Below, piece after piece: positions 47,122 through 55,263 of a stretch of DNA of 64,000 nt. The DNA comes from Patescibacteria group bacterium (lineage in GTDB: Bacteria; Patescibacteriota; Minisyncoccia; Phycocordibacterales; Phycocordibacteraceae), in NCBI GenBank assembly GCA_018971045.1, contig JAGWVF010000002.1, positions 1,133 through 65,132 of the forward strand, given 5' to 3'. Each line of letters opens with the position of its first letter. The stretch's first letter is position 1. Both the position numbers and the translations under genes were made by a program. The notes under the pieces are model-generated. The model did not search any database and was not told where the DNA came from. It was given only the letters and a program-made list of their open reading frames with translations.

Positions 47122-47475
47122 ATGTCAATCCGAATGCGCCATACCCGCGGGCATACGAATAACCGCCGTTCGCATCACGCCCTGTCTGCGAAGACGACAG
47201 TCAAGGACAAGGAGAGCGGCAATATCCGCCTTCCTCACCGCCTCGATGAGGCGACGGGTATGTATCGCGGCAAGCAGATCGCACCCGCCCGTTCCCCTCA
47301 TGCGAAAAAGGAAAAAGTAAAAGGCCCCTCGACGGCACCCATTGCACCTCATATTCACGAGCACGCGCATGAGGAACACCAAAATGCCGAAGCGAAAAGC
47401 TCGAAGGGCATCACGGGCAAGGTCGCGACCGGCGGCCGGCCGAAGGCGCGGTCAGGCTTCGGGGGAGGCGTTTAA
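47122..47475 (+). CDS. rpmF: 50S ribosomal protein L32 with a long His/Lys-rich C-terminal extension
   Basis: MSIRMRHTRGHTNNRRSHHALSAKT...SGNIRLPHRLDEATGMYRGKQI matches the L32 consensus (RRSH.AL...G.YRG). Confidence 0.8.
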   Translation: MSIRMRHTRGHTNNRRSHHALSAKTTVKDKESGNIRLPHRLDEATGMYRGKQIAPARSPHAKKEKVKGPSTAPIAPHIHEHAHEEHQNAEAKSSKGITGKVATGGRPKARSGFGGGV

Positions 47476-47493
47476 TTAATTTGTGCACATGAT

Positions 47494-47528
47494 AGAGCGC
47501 GGCCGCGCTTCCCGCGGCCGCGCTCTTT
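47494..47528 (+). terminator. Terminator-like 14-bp GC hairpin (AGAGCGCGGCCGCG-CTTCC-CGCGGCCGCGCTCT) followed by TTTG
   Basis: Read directly after rpmF. Followed by TGCTATACT (extended -10) upstream of nusB. Confidence 0.6.
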
Positions 47529-47554
47529 GCTATACTGGCAACATAGATCTTTCC

Positions 47555-48481
47555 ATGGCGAACCGACATTTAGCGCGCTCCGTGATCCTTCAGACCTTGT
47601 TTGAGTGGGATACGACGAACTCCTCTCCCGAACAGGCGGAGGCGATGCTCGAGCGCAATGTCGTCGAATTCGGCGGCGGCGATATCGACCGTTCGTTTTT
47701 GGATCAGCTTCTCCACGGCGTGCTCGCAAAACAGCACGACATTGACCGCGTCATTGAAAAGGCCGCGCCTGAATGGCCGCTCGATCGGATCGCGCCGATC
47801 GACCGCAACATTCTGCGCCTCGGACTCTACGAACTTCTCTTCGCCGATCGAACTCAAGTCCCCGCCAAGGTGGCGATCAATGAGGCGATTGAGCTCGCCA
47901 AGACCTTCGGCAGCGATTCAAGCGGACGTTTCGTGAACGGCGTTCTCGGTGCCGTCTACAAAGAACTCGGCGAGCCCGGAAAAGAGGAGCAGGGAGCGAA
48001 GAAGACTGCGAAGACGCGGTACGAAGATATGCCGCTCCAACGGCTCGGGGGAGCGGTGGTTTACAGCAGGCACAACGGCCAGATTTATCTTGCGCTCGTG
48101 CATGACGTCTTCGGGCACTGGACCCTCTCTAAGGGCAAAATCGGCGACAATCCGACGGTAGAAAAGGAGACGGCCGAGCAGGGAACGATACGGGAGATCA
48201 AAGAGGAGATCGGACTCGATATCGTCATCGAAGACAAGATCGGCGAGAATGAGTACACCGCTTCACACCCCGAACGCGGGAAATACCGCAAGCACGTGAT
48301 CTACTTTCTCGCAAGAGCCGACTTCGAGCCGCTCGTACTTCAGCAGGGGAAGGGCGGCCTTGACGACGCCAAGTGGTTCCGCCTCCAGGACATCATTGAT
48401 CTCAACTTTTACGACGATATGCTCCCGATCGTCACGAACGCCGTCCAGAAGCTTCTCGACAAGCCGACCAGCCATAGATAG
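47555..48481 (+). CDS. nusB: NusB antitermination factor fused to a C-terminal NUDIX hydrolase domain (308 aa)
   Basis: NusB core (RNILRLGLYELLF...KVAINEAIELAKTFGSDSSGRFVNGVLG). Nudix box (GKIGDNPTVEKETAEQGTIREIKEEIGL) in one continuous ORF. Confidence 0.75.
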   Translation: MANRHLARSVILQTLFEWDTTNSSPEQAEAMLERNVVEFGGGDIDRSFLDQLLHGVLAKQHDIDRVIEKAAPEWPLDRIAPIDRNILRLGLYELLFADRTQVPAKVAINEAIELAKTFGSDSSGRFVNGVLGAVYKELGEPGKEEQGAKKTAKTRYEDMPLQRLGGAVVYSRHNGQIYLALVHDVFGHWTLSKGKIGDNPTVEKETAEQGTIREIKEEIGLDIVIEDKIGENEYTASHPERGKYRKHVIYFLARADFEPLVLQQGKGGLDDAKWFRLQDIIDLNFYDDMLPIVTNAVQKLLDKPTSHR

Positions 48482-48554
48482 GCCGGTAGCCGAGACGATA
48501 CCTTCCAACATTTGATTTTCCTATAGTCTCCTGCATACTGCTACTGTGAACGCC

Positions 48555-49247
48555 ATGTCTGATGTCGCTTCGTGCGCCGCGCGCCTGGGCCTCGCTTTCA
48601 AAAATCTCGATCTTCTGGTCGAGGCGCTTACCCATCGCTCCTATTTGAACGAACATCGCGAGTATGCGGGAGCGCATAATGAACGTCTCGAATTTCTCGG
48701 CGACGCGGTTCTCGAGCTCGCGGCGACTGATTTTTTGTATAAAAAATTTCCGGCGAACCCCGAGGGCGAGCTCACGGCTTATCGCGCGGCGCTCGTCAAC
48801 ACAGTCTCCTTGGCGGAGACGGCGCAGCAGCTCGGCATCAATGAATTCCTCCTTTTGTCGAAGGGCGAGTCGAGAGACACGGGGCGCGCGCGCGAGGCGA
48901 TTCTCGCGGACGCCTTTGAAGCGATCATCGGCGCCGCCTATCTCGATCAGGGCTATGCGGCCGCCGAGGCCTTCATCGCGCGCAATCTTTTCGGAAAGAT
49001 CGAGGATATTATCGTCAAGCGTTCCTATCAAGACGGGAAGAGCCGCTTCCAAGAGGCGGCGCAAGAGAAGCGCGGCATCACGCCGGAATACAAGACTCTT
49101 TCGGAAGAGGGGCCCGACCACGCGAAGCTCTTTACGGTCGGCGTGTTCATCGGCGGAGAAGAGATCGCGCGAGGCGAAGGTCAATCGAAACAAGGAGCGG
49201 AGCAGGCCGCGGCGGATGCGGCATTGCGAATGATGCAGTGGGCCTAG
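48555..49247 (+). CDS. rnc: Ribonuclease III
   Basis: RNase III signature ERLEFLGDAVLEL plus C-terminal dsRBD. Confidence 0.9.
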   Translation: MSDVASCAARLGLAFKNLDLLVEALTHRSYLNEHREYAGAHNERLEFLGDAVLELAATDFLYKKFPANPEGELTAYRAALVNTVSLAETAQQLGINEFLLLSKGESRDTGRAREAILADAFEAIIGAAYLDQGYAAAEAFIARNLFGKIEDIIVKRSYQDGKSRFQEAAQEKRGITPEYKTLSEEGPDHAKLFTVGVFIGGEEIARGEGQSKQGAEQAAADAALRMMQWA

Positions 49248-49283
49248 CATCGCTTTCAATTTCATTTGGTACAATAGAGGGCG

Positions 49284-51500
49284 ATGCTGAAGCGACTCGA
49301 GATCGTCGGATTTAAGTCGTTCGCCAAGAAGACGGTCTTGGATTTTGGAAACGCGACGACCGCGGTCGTGGGGCCGAACGGCTCGGGAAAGTCGAACGTC
49401 GCCGAGGCGTTCCGCTTCGCACTCGGCGAACAGTCGATGAAGAGCATGCGCGGTAAGCGCGCCGAGGACCTTATCTTCAACGGTTCGCACACTGCGCCCC
49501 GGGCGAACCGAGCGGCGGTGGTCATAGTTTTTGATAATGCGCGCCGTGCTTTTAAGATTGATTTCGACGAGGTCGCGATCGAGCGCGTGGTGCATCGCGA
49601 CGGCACGAGCGAGTATTCGATTAACGGCTCCCGCGTGCGGTTGCGCGATATCGAGGAATTGCTCGCGAGCGCCAACATCGGCGAGACCGGCCACCACATC
49701 ATTTCGCAGGGCGAGGCGGATCGGATCCTGCTCGCCAGTCCGCGCGATCGCCGCGCGATGCTGGAGGACGCGCTCGGATTAAAAATATATGAGTTTAAAA
49801 AACAAGAGGCCGAGCGGAAGCTCGTCAAGACGGAAGAGAATATCGCGCAGGTCAACTCGCTCCGGCGCGAACTCGCGCCGCACCTGCGCTTTCTCGAAAG
49901 TCAGGTAAAGAAACTCGAGCGCGCGGACGCGCTGAAGGCGGAGCTCGTCGGCCTCGCGCAAACCTATTTTGCGATTGAGGACGCGTATATCGCTAAGGAA
50001 AAAAAACAGGCCGCCGATGATCTTCGTGACGCGCGAGAACGGCTCGCCGTGGTTTCAGCCGAGCTTGAACGCGTCGCCGATCCGAAAACCGCTGACGAGG
50101 AGACGATTCGGCGCGCCGAAGCGCTTCGCAAAGCGGAACGAGAGGTGTCGGAGCTCTCGATAGAGCGCGCGGCTCTTTCTCGCGAAACGGGGCGTATCGA
50201 AGGAGCGCTCGCCGAAGTGAAACGCCGCGCGACGGCGGCCGCGCGCGATTCGTATGCCAAAGTTTCGTATGAAGATCTTGAGGCGCTCCACGTCGAGGTG
50301 GAGCGCGAAGTCGAGCGCGCGGGCGACACGATGCAGTCGATGCTCGCCGCGCTCGATTCGATAAAACGCGCTGTCCAACTTTTTTTCACTCGCTACGGCT
50401 CGCCTGACACGGAGCGCTTTACCGAAGAAGGCGCGGCGGCGAAACTCGAGGAAGAGCAGGCGATCCTTGCGGAAAAATGTACCGCAGTTTCAACCGCGCT
50501 TGAAAGAGCCGAATCCGCACGGACACGGGCGCGAGAGGCGATGGTCGCGCTCGAACAAACGGGCCGCGAGATTCGCCGCCGCATTCTCGATTCGGCACAG
50601 GCGAAAGCGCACGAGGAGGGGAATATCGCCAAGATTGAAGCGCGCATTCATGAGCTCGCTCTTCTTGCCGATATGCTCGAACGAAATAAAGGAGAGGCGC
50701 TCGCCGTCGCGGGCTCCGCCGCGCTTTCGTACGCGCCGCTCGAACGCTTGCCGGAGGAGGAGCGCGCCGTACAGGAGGGTCGAGACCACGCGCTCGAGCG
50801 GATGAAGATCCGCCTTGAAGAAGCGGGCGGGACCGGCGAGGAGATTCGCCATGAACACAAAGAGGTCAGCGAGCGCGAAACTTTTCTTGCGGCAGAGCTC
50901 GAGGACCTCGCGAAGTCGGCCGCAGGTCTCGGCGCCCTTATTAATGATTTGAATACCGAACTCGCGAAGCATTTCTCCGAAGGGCTCGCGAAAGTGAATG
51001 CTTCATTTAACGAATACTTTTCGCTTATGTTTGGCGGCGGCAACGGGCGGCTCGTGCTTGAGGAGCCGGAGCAAATCGATAGTGACGAGGACGGTGCCGA
51101 GGAGGGAGGCCGTGAGAATGTCGGCGAAAGAGAAAAGAAAGACCGCGCGGGCATCGAGATCGCCGTCAATTTGCCGAAAAAGAAAGTCCGCTCTCTGATG
51201 CAGCTCTCGGGAGGCGAGCGCGCCTTGACCAGCATCGCGCTTATCTTCGCGATGAGCCAGGTCAACCCGCCGCCCTTTCTTATTCTTGACGAGACCGACG
51301 CCGCGCTTGACGAGGCCAATAGCCGCCGGTACGGCGATATGATCGAGAACTTGGCCGCGAAGAGCCAGCTCATCGTGATCACTCACAACCGCGAGACGAT
51401 GATGCGCGCGGGCGTTCTCTACGGCGTCACCATGGGCGGTGACGGCGTCAGTAAATTGCTGTCCGTAAAGTTCGACGAAGCCGTCGCCGTGGCGAAATAA
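49284..51500 (+). CDS. smc: SMC-family chromosome segregation ATPase, short hinge-less form (738 aa)
   Basis: SMC N-terminal head (MLKRLEIVGFKSFAKKTVLDFGN..VVGPNGSGKSN). SMC C-terminal signature (LSGGERALTSIALIFA...FLILDETDAALD). Continuous coiled coil between them, with no globular hinge. Confidence 0.7.
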   Translation: MLKRLEIVGFKSFAKKTVLDFGNATTAVVGPNGSGKSNVAEAFRFALGEQSMKSMRGKRAEDLIFNGSHTAPRANRAAVVIVFDNARRAFKIDFDEVAIERVVHRDGTSEYSINGSRVRLRDIEELLASANIGETGHHIISQGEADRILLASPRDRRAMLEDALGLKIYEFKKQEAERKLVKTEENIAQVNSLRRELAPHLRFLESQVKKLERADALKAELVGLAQTYFAIEDAYIAKEKKQAADDLRDARERLAVVSAELERVADPKTADEETIRRAEALRKAEREVSELSIERAALSRETGRIEGALAEVKRRATAAARDSYAKVSYEDLEALHVEVEREVERAGDTMQSMLAALDSIKRAVQLFFTRYGSPDTERFTEEGAAAKLEEEQAILAEKCTAVSTALERAESARTRAREAMVALEQTGREIRRRILDSAQAKAHEEGNIAKIEARIHELALLADMLERNKGEALAVAGSAALSYAPLERLPEEERAVQEGRDHALERMKIRLEEAGGTGEEIRHEHKEVSERETFLAAELEDLAKSAAGLGALINDLNTELAKHFSEGLAKVNASFNEYFSLMFGGGNGRLVLEEPEQIDSDEDGAEEGGRENVGEREKKDRAGIEIAVNLPKKKVRSLMQLSGGERALTSIALIFAMSQVNPPPFLILDETDAALDEANSRRYGDMIENLAAKSQLIVITHNRETMMRAGVLYGVTMGGDGVSKLLSVKFDEAVAVAK

Positions 51501-51508
51501 ATGGAGAT

Positions 51509-53518
51509 TTACGAAACTCCCGTTGAGACGGGAATGAAGTCGAGTTCTTTTTCCGCGATTCGGGCGGCGGTGAGTTTAACTCTGATCGGATCACCGAGAC
51601 GGTAGACCTTCTTCGAACGGCGGCCGACGAGACGATATTGCTTTTCTTCGTAGTCGAAATAATCTCCTTCTTGGCCGGGGAGCTCTCCGAGGATGCGGAT
51701 ATTCACCATCCCGTCGGCATGCGTGGTCTGCTCTTCGACGTAGAAACCGCGCTCGGTGACGCCCGAGATTATCGCGTCAAACACCTCGCCCACTTTGTCA
51801 GCGAGGAATTCGACCTGCTTCATTTTGATCGAGTCGCGCTCGGCGTCGGCGGCCGCCACCTCGCGCTCCGAGGCGTGGATCGCGAGCGTGTCGAACTCCT
51901 GCATCTCGGCGGGAGTGATCGGTATGCCGCCCGCATGCGCTTTGATCAAGCGATGCACGATGAGATCGGGGTAGCGACGGATAGGGGAGGTGAAGTGAGT
52001 ATAAAATTCGAACGCGAGACCGAAGTGACCGATGTTTCGCGTGGTGTAGACAGCCTTGCTCATCGAGCGCAGGGTCGCTGTTTTGATGAGGTATTCCTCC
52101 GGTTTTCCTTTTACTGCTTCGAGCAGGGTATTGAGCTCGGCGCCGGTTACCTTGCCGCCCGATGTCTTCAGATGGTAGCCGAGCACGCGCAGAAGGTGCG
52201 TGAGATTCTCGATGCGGTTTGTATCGGGCTCATCATGGATGCGGTAGAGCGACTGAAAATGCGGACCGCCGTTGCTCGTCAGCTTCGCGAGATGCTTCGC
52301 GGCCGCTTCGTTCGCGAGAAGCATGAAGTCCTCTATCATTAAATTGGTTGCTTTGCGCTCCTTGAGTTTAATCGCGATCGGCTTGCCATTTCCATCGAGC
52401 TCCACTTTTATTTCAGCGGTGTCGAATTCGATCGCGCCTTTTGCTTGGCGGCGGGCGCGGATCTTCTGCGAGAGGCCGAGGAGAGTCGAGAGTTCGGAGG
52501 CGAGCTCTCCCGAGCCGGCGTCGAGCACGTCCTGTGCATTTTCATAGGTGAATCGCCTGTCAGAGTGGATTACGGTTTCGCCGAACCAAACGTTTTTCAC
52601 CATCGCCTCGCCGTCAAGCGTGAAGACCGCGGATACCGCGAGGCGGTCTTGATCGGGATTCAGCGAACAGAGATCGGTCGAGAGAATATGCGGGAGCATC
52701 GGAATAGTGCGATCGACGAGATATACCGAGGTGGCCCGCTCCCGCGCCTCTTTGTCGAGCTCGCTGTTCGGCCTCACAAAGTAGGAGACATCGGCAATAT
52801 GGACGCCCACTTCAGTATCCCCATCAGGCAATGTGCGGATGGAGAGCGCATCGTCGAAGTCCTTGGCGTCGAAGGGGTCGATGGTGCAGGTGCTCACGTG
52901 CCGGAAGTCGGCGCGCGGATTTTCCGCGATACGGCGCGCCGCTTCCGCAATAAGTATTTCGCGGCCGCCGGCCTCGAGAGTCCGAGCTTCGGCGACCACG
53001 CCCGGAGGGAAGTCAGTCGAGAACCCTTGGCCGAGCGCGAGCGCGCGCATCTCCGTCTCATGATTCCCGGCAGGGCCGATCACCTCAAGGATCTCGCCGA
53101 GCGGGTACTCTTTATCGGCATCCCAGCGTACGAGCTTCACGAGTGCCTTGCTACCGATGGCCGCGCCGCCGCGACTGAGAATGACGAGCGGAACATGCAT
53201 TTTCTTATAATCAGGTTGCAGATAGACGAGCCCGTTCTCCTCGATGAGGGTGCCGACAAATGTCTCGCGGGCGCGGGAAACGATAGCGGTCACCCTCCCC
53301 GCCTCTCGCGGCGGCATCCGTCCAGAAGGATCGCGGTAGCTGCCGGCGCGTTCGATTTTTACGACGTCGCCCGAGAGCGCGTGGCCTGTCAATTCGGGCG
53401 GGACGAGGAGATCTTCCTGCCCCTCTTTAAGCGGGAAAAAGCCGAAGCCTTTTCGGGTCATGATGATCGGACCTTCGAGCTGAGGGTCCGTTGATGCGCG
53501 GTCTGACATTTGAGTCAC
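51509..53518 (-). CDS. rnr: Ribonuclease R (RNB-family 3'-5' exoribonuclease with S1 domain)
   Basis: Cold-shock/OB N-terminus, RNB catalytic domain motifs (DFDDALS...), C-terminal S1 domain. Confidence 0.88.
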   Translation of the reverse strand: MTQMSDRASTDPQLEGPIIMTRKGFGFFPLKEGQEDLLVPPELTGHALSGDVVKIERAGSYRDPSGRMPPREAGRVTAIVSRARETFVGTLIEENGLVYLQPDYKKMHVPLVILSRGGAAIGSKALVKLVRWDADKEYPLGEILEVIGPAGNHETEMRALALGQGFSTDFPPGVVAEARTLEAGGREILIAEAARRIAENPRADFRHVSTCTIDPFDAKDFDDALSIRTLPDGDTEVGVHIADVSYFVRPNSELDKEARERATSVYLVDRTIPMLPHILSTDLCSLNPDQDRLAVSAVFTLDGEAMVKNVWFGETVIHSDRRFTYENAQDVLDAGSGELASELSTLLGLSQKIRARRQAKGAIEFDTAEIKVELDGNGKPIAIKLKERKATNLMIEDFMLLANEAAAKHLAKLTSNGGPHFQSLYRIHDEPDTNRIENLTHLLRVLGYHLKTSGGKVTGAELNTLLEAVKGKPEEYLIKTATLRSMSKAVYTTRNIGHFGLAFEFYTHFTSPIRRYPDLIVHRLIKAHAGGIPITPAEMQEFDTLAIHASEREVAAADAERDSIKMKQVEFLADKVGEVFDAIISGVTERGFYVEEQTTHADGMVNIRILGELPGQEGDYFDYEEKQYRLVGRRSKKVYRLGDPIRVKLTAARIAEKELDFIPVSTGVS

Positions 53519-53543
53519 TCTAGCAATATTCCGCGTCTTCTGC

Positions 53544-53559
53544 TATAGTCGCCTGCATG
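53544..53559 (+). promoter_or_regulatory. Extended -10 TGCTATAGT, 7 nt, ATG: leaderless promoter of rpsP
   Basis: Read directly. Confidence 0.45.
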
Positions 53560-53952
53560 TTGATGATTCGATTTCAACGCACCGGCCGGACCAATGATCC
53601 GGCGTTTCGCATCGTCGTCCTCGAAAAAGAACGCGCCGCCAAAGCGGGCGCTCTTGTCGAGCTTCTCGGCACCTATAATCCGCACAGTAAAGCGATGACG
53701 CTCAATAAGGAGCGAGTTTCCTATTGGATGAGCAAGGGAGCCCAGCCGACAGATTCGATCAAGAATCTTCTCATCAATAAGGGCGTCATTGAGGGTACCA
53801 AGGTGAATGTGCTTCCCAAGAAGACTCCGCAGAAGAACGAGGCCGCACTCAAGGCTGAAGCTGAGGCTCTGGCCGCCGCCAAGGCCGCGGCGGCCGTACA
53901 ACCAGCGGCCGCAGAAGAGCCGGCGATAGACGAGACTCCCGCAACGCCGTAA
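53557..53952 (+). CDS. rpsP: 30S ribosomal protein S16 (with Ala/Lys/Glu-rich C-terminal tail)
   Basis: MIRFQRTGRTNDPAFRIVV...S16 signature. Confidence 0.88.
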   Translation: MLMIRFQRTGRTNDPAFRIVVLEKERAAKAGALVELLGTYNPHSKAMTLNKERVSYWMSKGAQPTDSIKNLLINKGVIEGTKVNVLPKKTPQKNEAALKAEAEALAAAKAAAAVQPAAAEEPAIDETPATP

Positions 53953-53999
53953 TACCGTATCGTGAGCTCTTCTGCTCACGACTCCCGTTTACTGCTACT

Positions 54000-54323
54000 A
54001 TGTCATTTATGGAATCAGATCAGGCATTTCTCGAATACTCGGTGAAGGCGCTTGTCGATCATCCCGAAGCGGTCGAGACGACTCGCATCATCGATCAGAT
54101 GGGCGTACTCCTTACGCTCACGGTCCACCCCGATGACATGGGAAAGATTATCGGGAAGAGCGGAAAGACTGCCGAGGCGCTCCGCATTCTCCTGCGAATC
54201 GTGGGGATGAAAGGGAACGCGCGGGTAAATCTCAAGATCAATGAACCGGCGGGTGGAAAGCGCGAAGCTCCCTCGACAGCTCCTGAAATGAAGACCGTCG
54301 ACCAGGTGGTTGAGGAGTTATAA
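54000..54323 (+). CDS. KH-domain RNA-binding protein (KhpA/YlqC, UPF0109)
   Basis: GKIIGKSGKTAEALR GxxG KH motif. Conserved position between rpsP and trmD. Confidence 0.85.
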   Translation: MSFMESDQAFLEYSVKALVDHPEAVETTRIIDQMGVLLTLTVHPDDMGKIIGKSGKTAEALRILLRIVGMKGNARVNLKINEPAGGKREAPSTAPEMKTVDQVVEEL

Positions 54324-55030
54324 TGAGGAAAATCTCAATCGTTATCATTAAATTTCATCTCATCACGCTGTTCCCCGAAGCCTGCGACGCATACTTGAAT
54401 GCGTCGATTATCGGTCGCGCGCGCAAGGAGAAGAAGATAACGGTGAAGTATGAGACCCCGCGCGACTACGTCGATAATAAATGGGGTAAGGTCGATGAGC
54501 GCCCGTATGGCGGCGGACCCGGAATGGTCATGACTGCGCTTCCGGTCGTTAAGGCCGTACAAAATGCTTTAAAATTGAAAAACGCGCCGAAACGGAAAGC
54601 GATTATCATCTGGTTCTCTCCGGCAGGGAAGCAGTTCAATAATAAAGAAGCGGACAAGCTCGCAAAATATACCGACGTGGCGCTCGTGTGCGGCCGGTAC
54701 GAGGGGATCGACGAGCGCGCAAAGAAAATCCTCAAAACTCTGGCTCCCGTAAAAGAATATGCCGTCGGCGAAGCGGTTTATACCGGCGGCGAAGTACCGG
54801 CGCTCGCGATTATTGACGCCGTTACGCGCCGCCTACCCGGCGTGCTCGGAAAGGACGAGTCGGTCGAGGAGCGCCGCATTGCCTCCTCGGCAGTTTACAC
54901 CCGCCCCGAGATCATCGAATACGGAGAGAGGAAATATCGTGCGCCCGCCGTTCTGCGAACGGGGCATCACGCAAATATTGACTCTTGGAAACGAAAGAGG
55001 AGCGTTACGAGGAAGCGCAAGGATCATTAG
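54323..55030 (+). CDS. trmD: tRNA (guanine37-N1)-methyltransferase
   Basis: SPOUT knot motifs (ITLFPE...RPYGGGPGMVM...CGRYEGIDER). TAATG start/stop overlap with the KH gene. Confidence 0.9.
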   Translation: MRKISIVIIKFHLITLFPEACDAYLNASIIGRARKEKKITVKYETPRDYVDNKWGKVDERPYGGGPGMVMTALPVVKAVQNALKLKNAPKRKAIIIWFSPAGKQFNNKEADKLAKYTDVALVCGRYEGIDERAKKILKTLAPVKEYAVGEAVYTGGEVPALAIIDAVTRRLPGVLGKDESVEERRIASSAVYTRPEIIEYGERKYRAPAVLRTGHHANIDSWKRKRSVTRKRKDH

Positions 55031-55263
55031 TCGCGACCATCGGGCGGTTTTCGTTTATCCCCACCCCTTGCGCTTTTCGGGGGTCTTTTGGTACACTACT
55101 GACACAAGATACGAGTGAGTACTGGAGGGCAGTGCCGTACAGATTCATAGAGAAAACGAAGAAACGCACAAGCGAGGGGAGTACCTTCGTGCGTTCGCAT
55201 TTATATATCTAGTGCGAGTGTTGGCAGAATACCGGGCGATTATCACTTCAACGGCAATAACAT

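Noticed and set aside
47122-47475. L32 His-rich C-terminal extension as a separate metal-binding gene
   Set aside because: It is a single continuous ORF. Low-complexity ribosomal-protein tails (also seen on S16) are common in such genomes.
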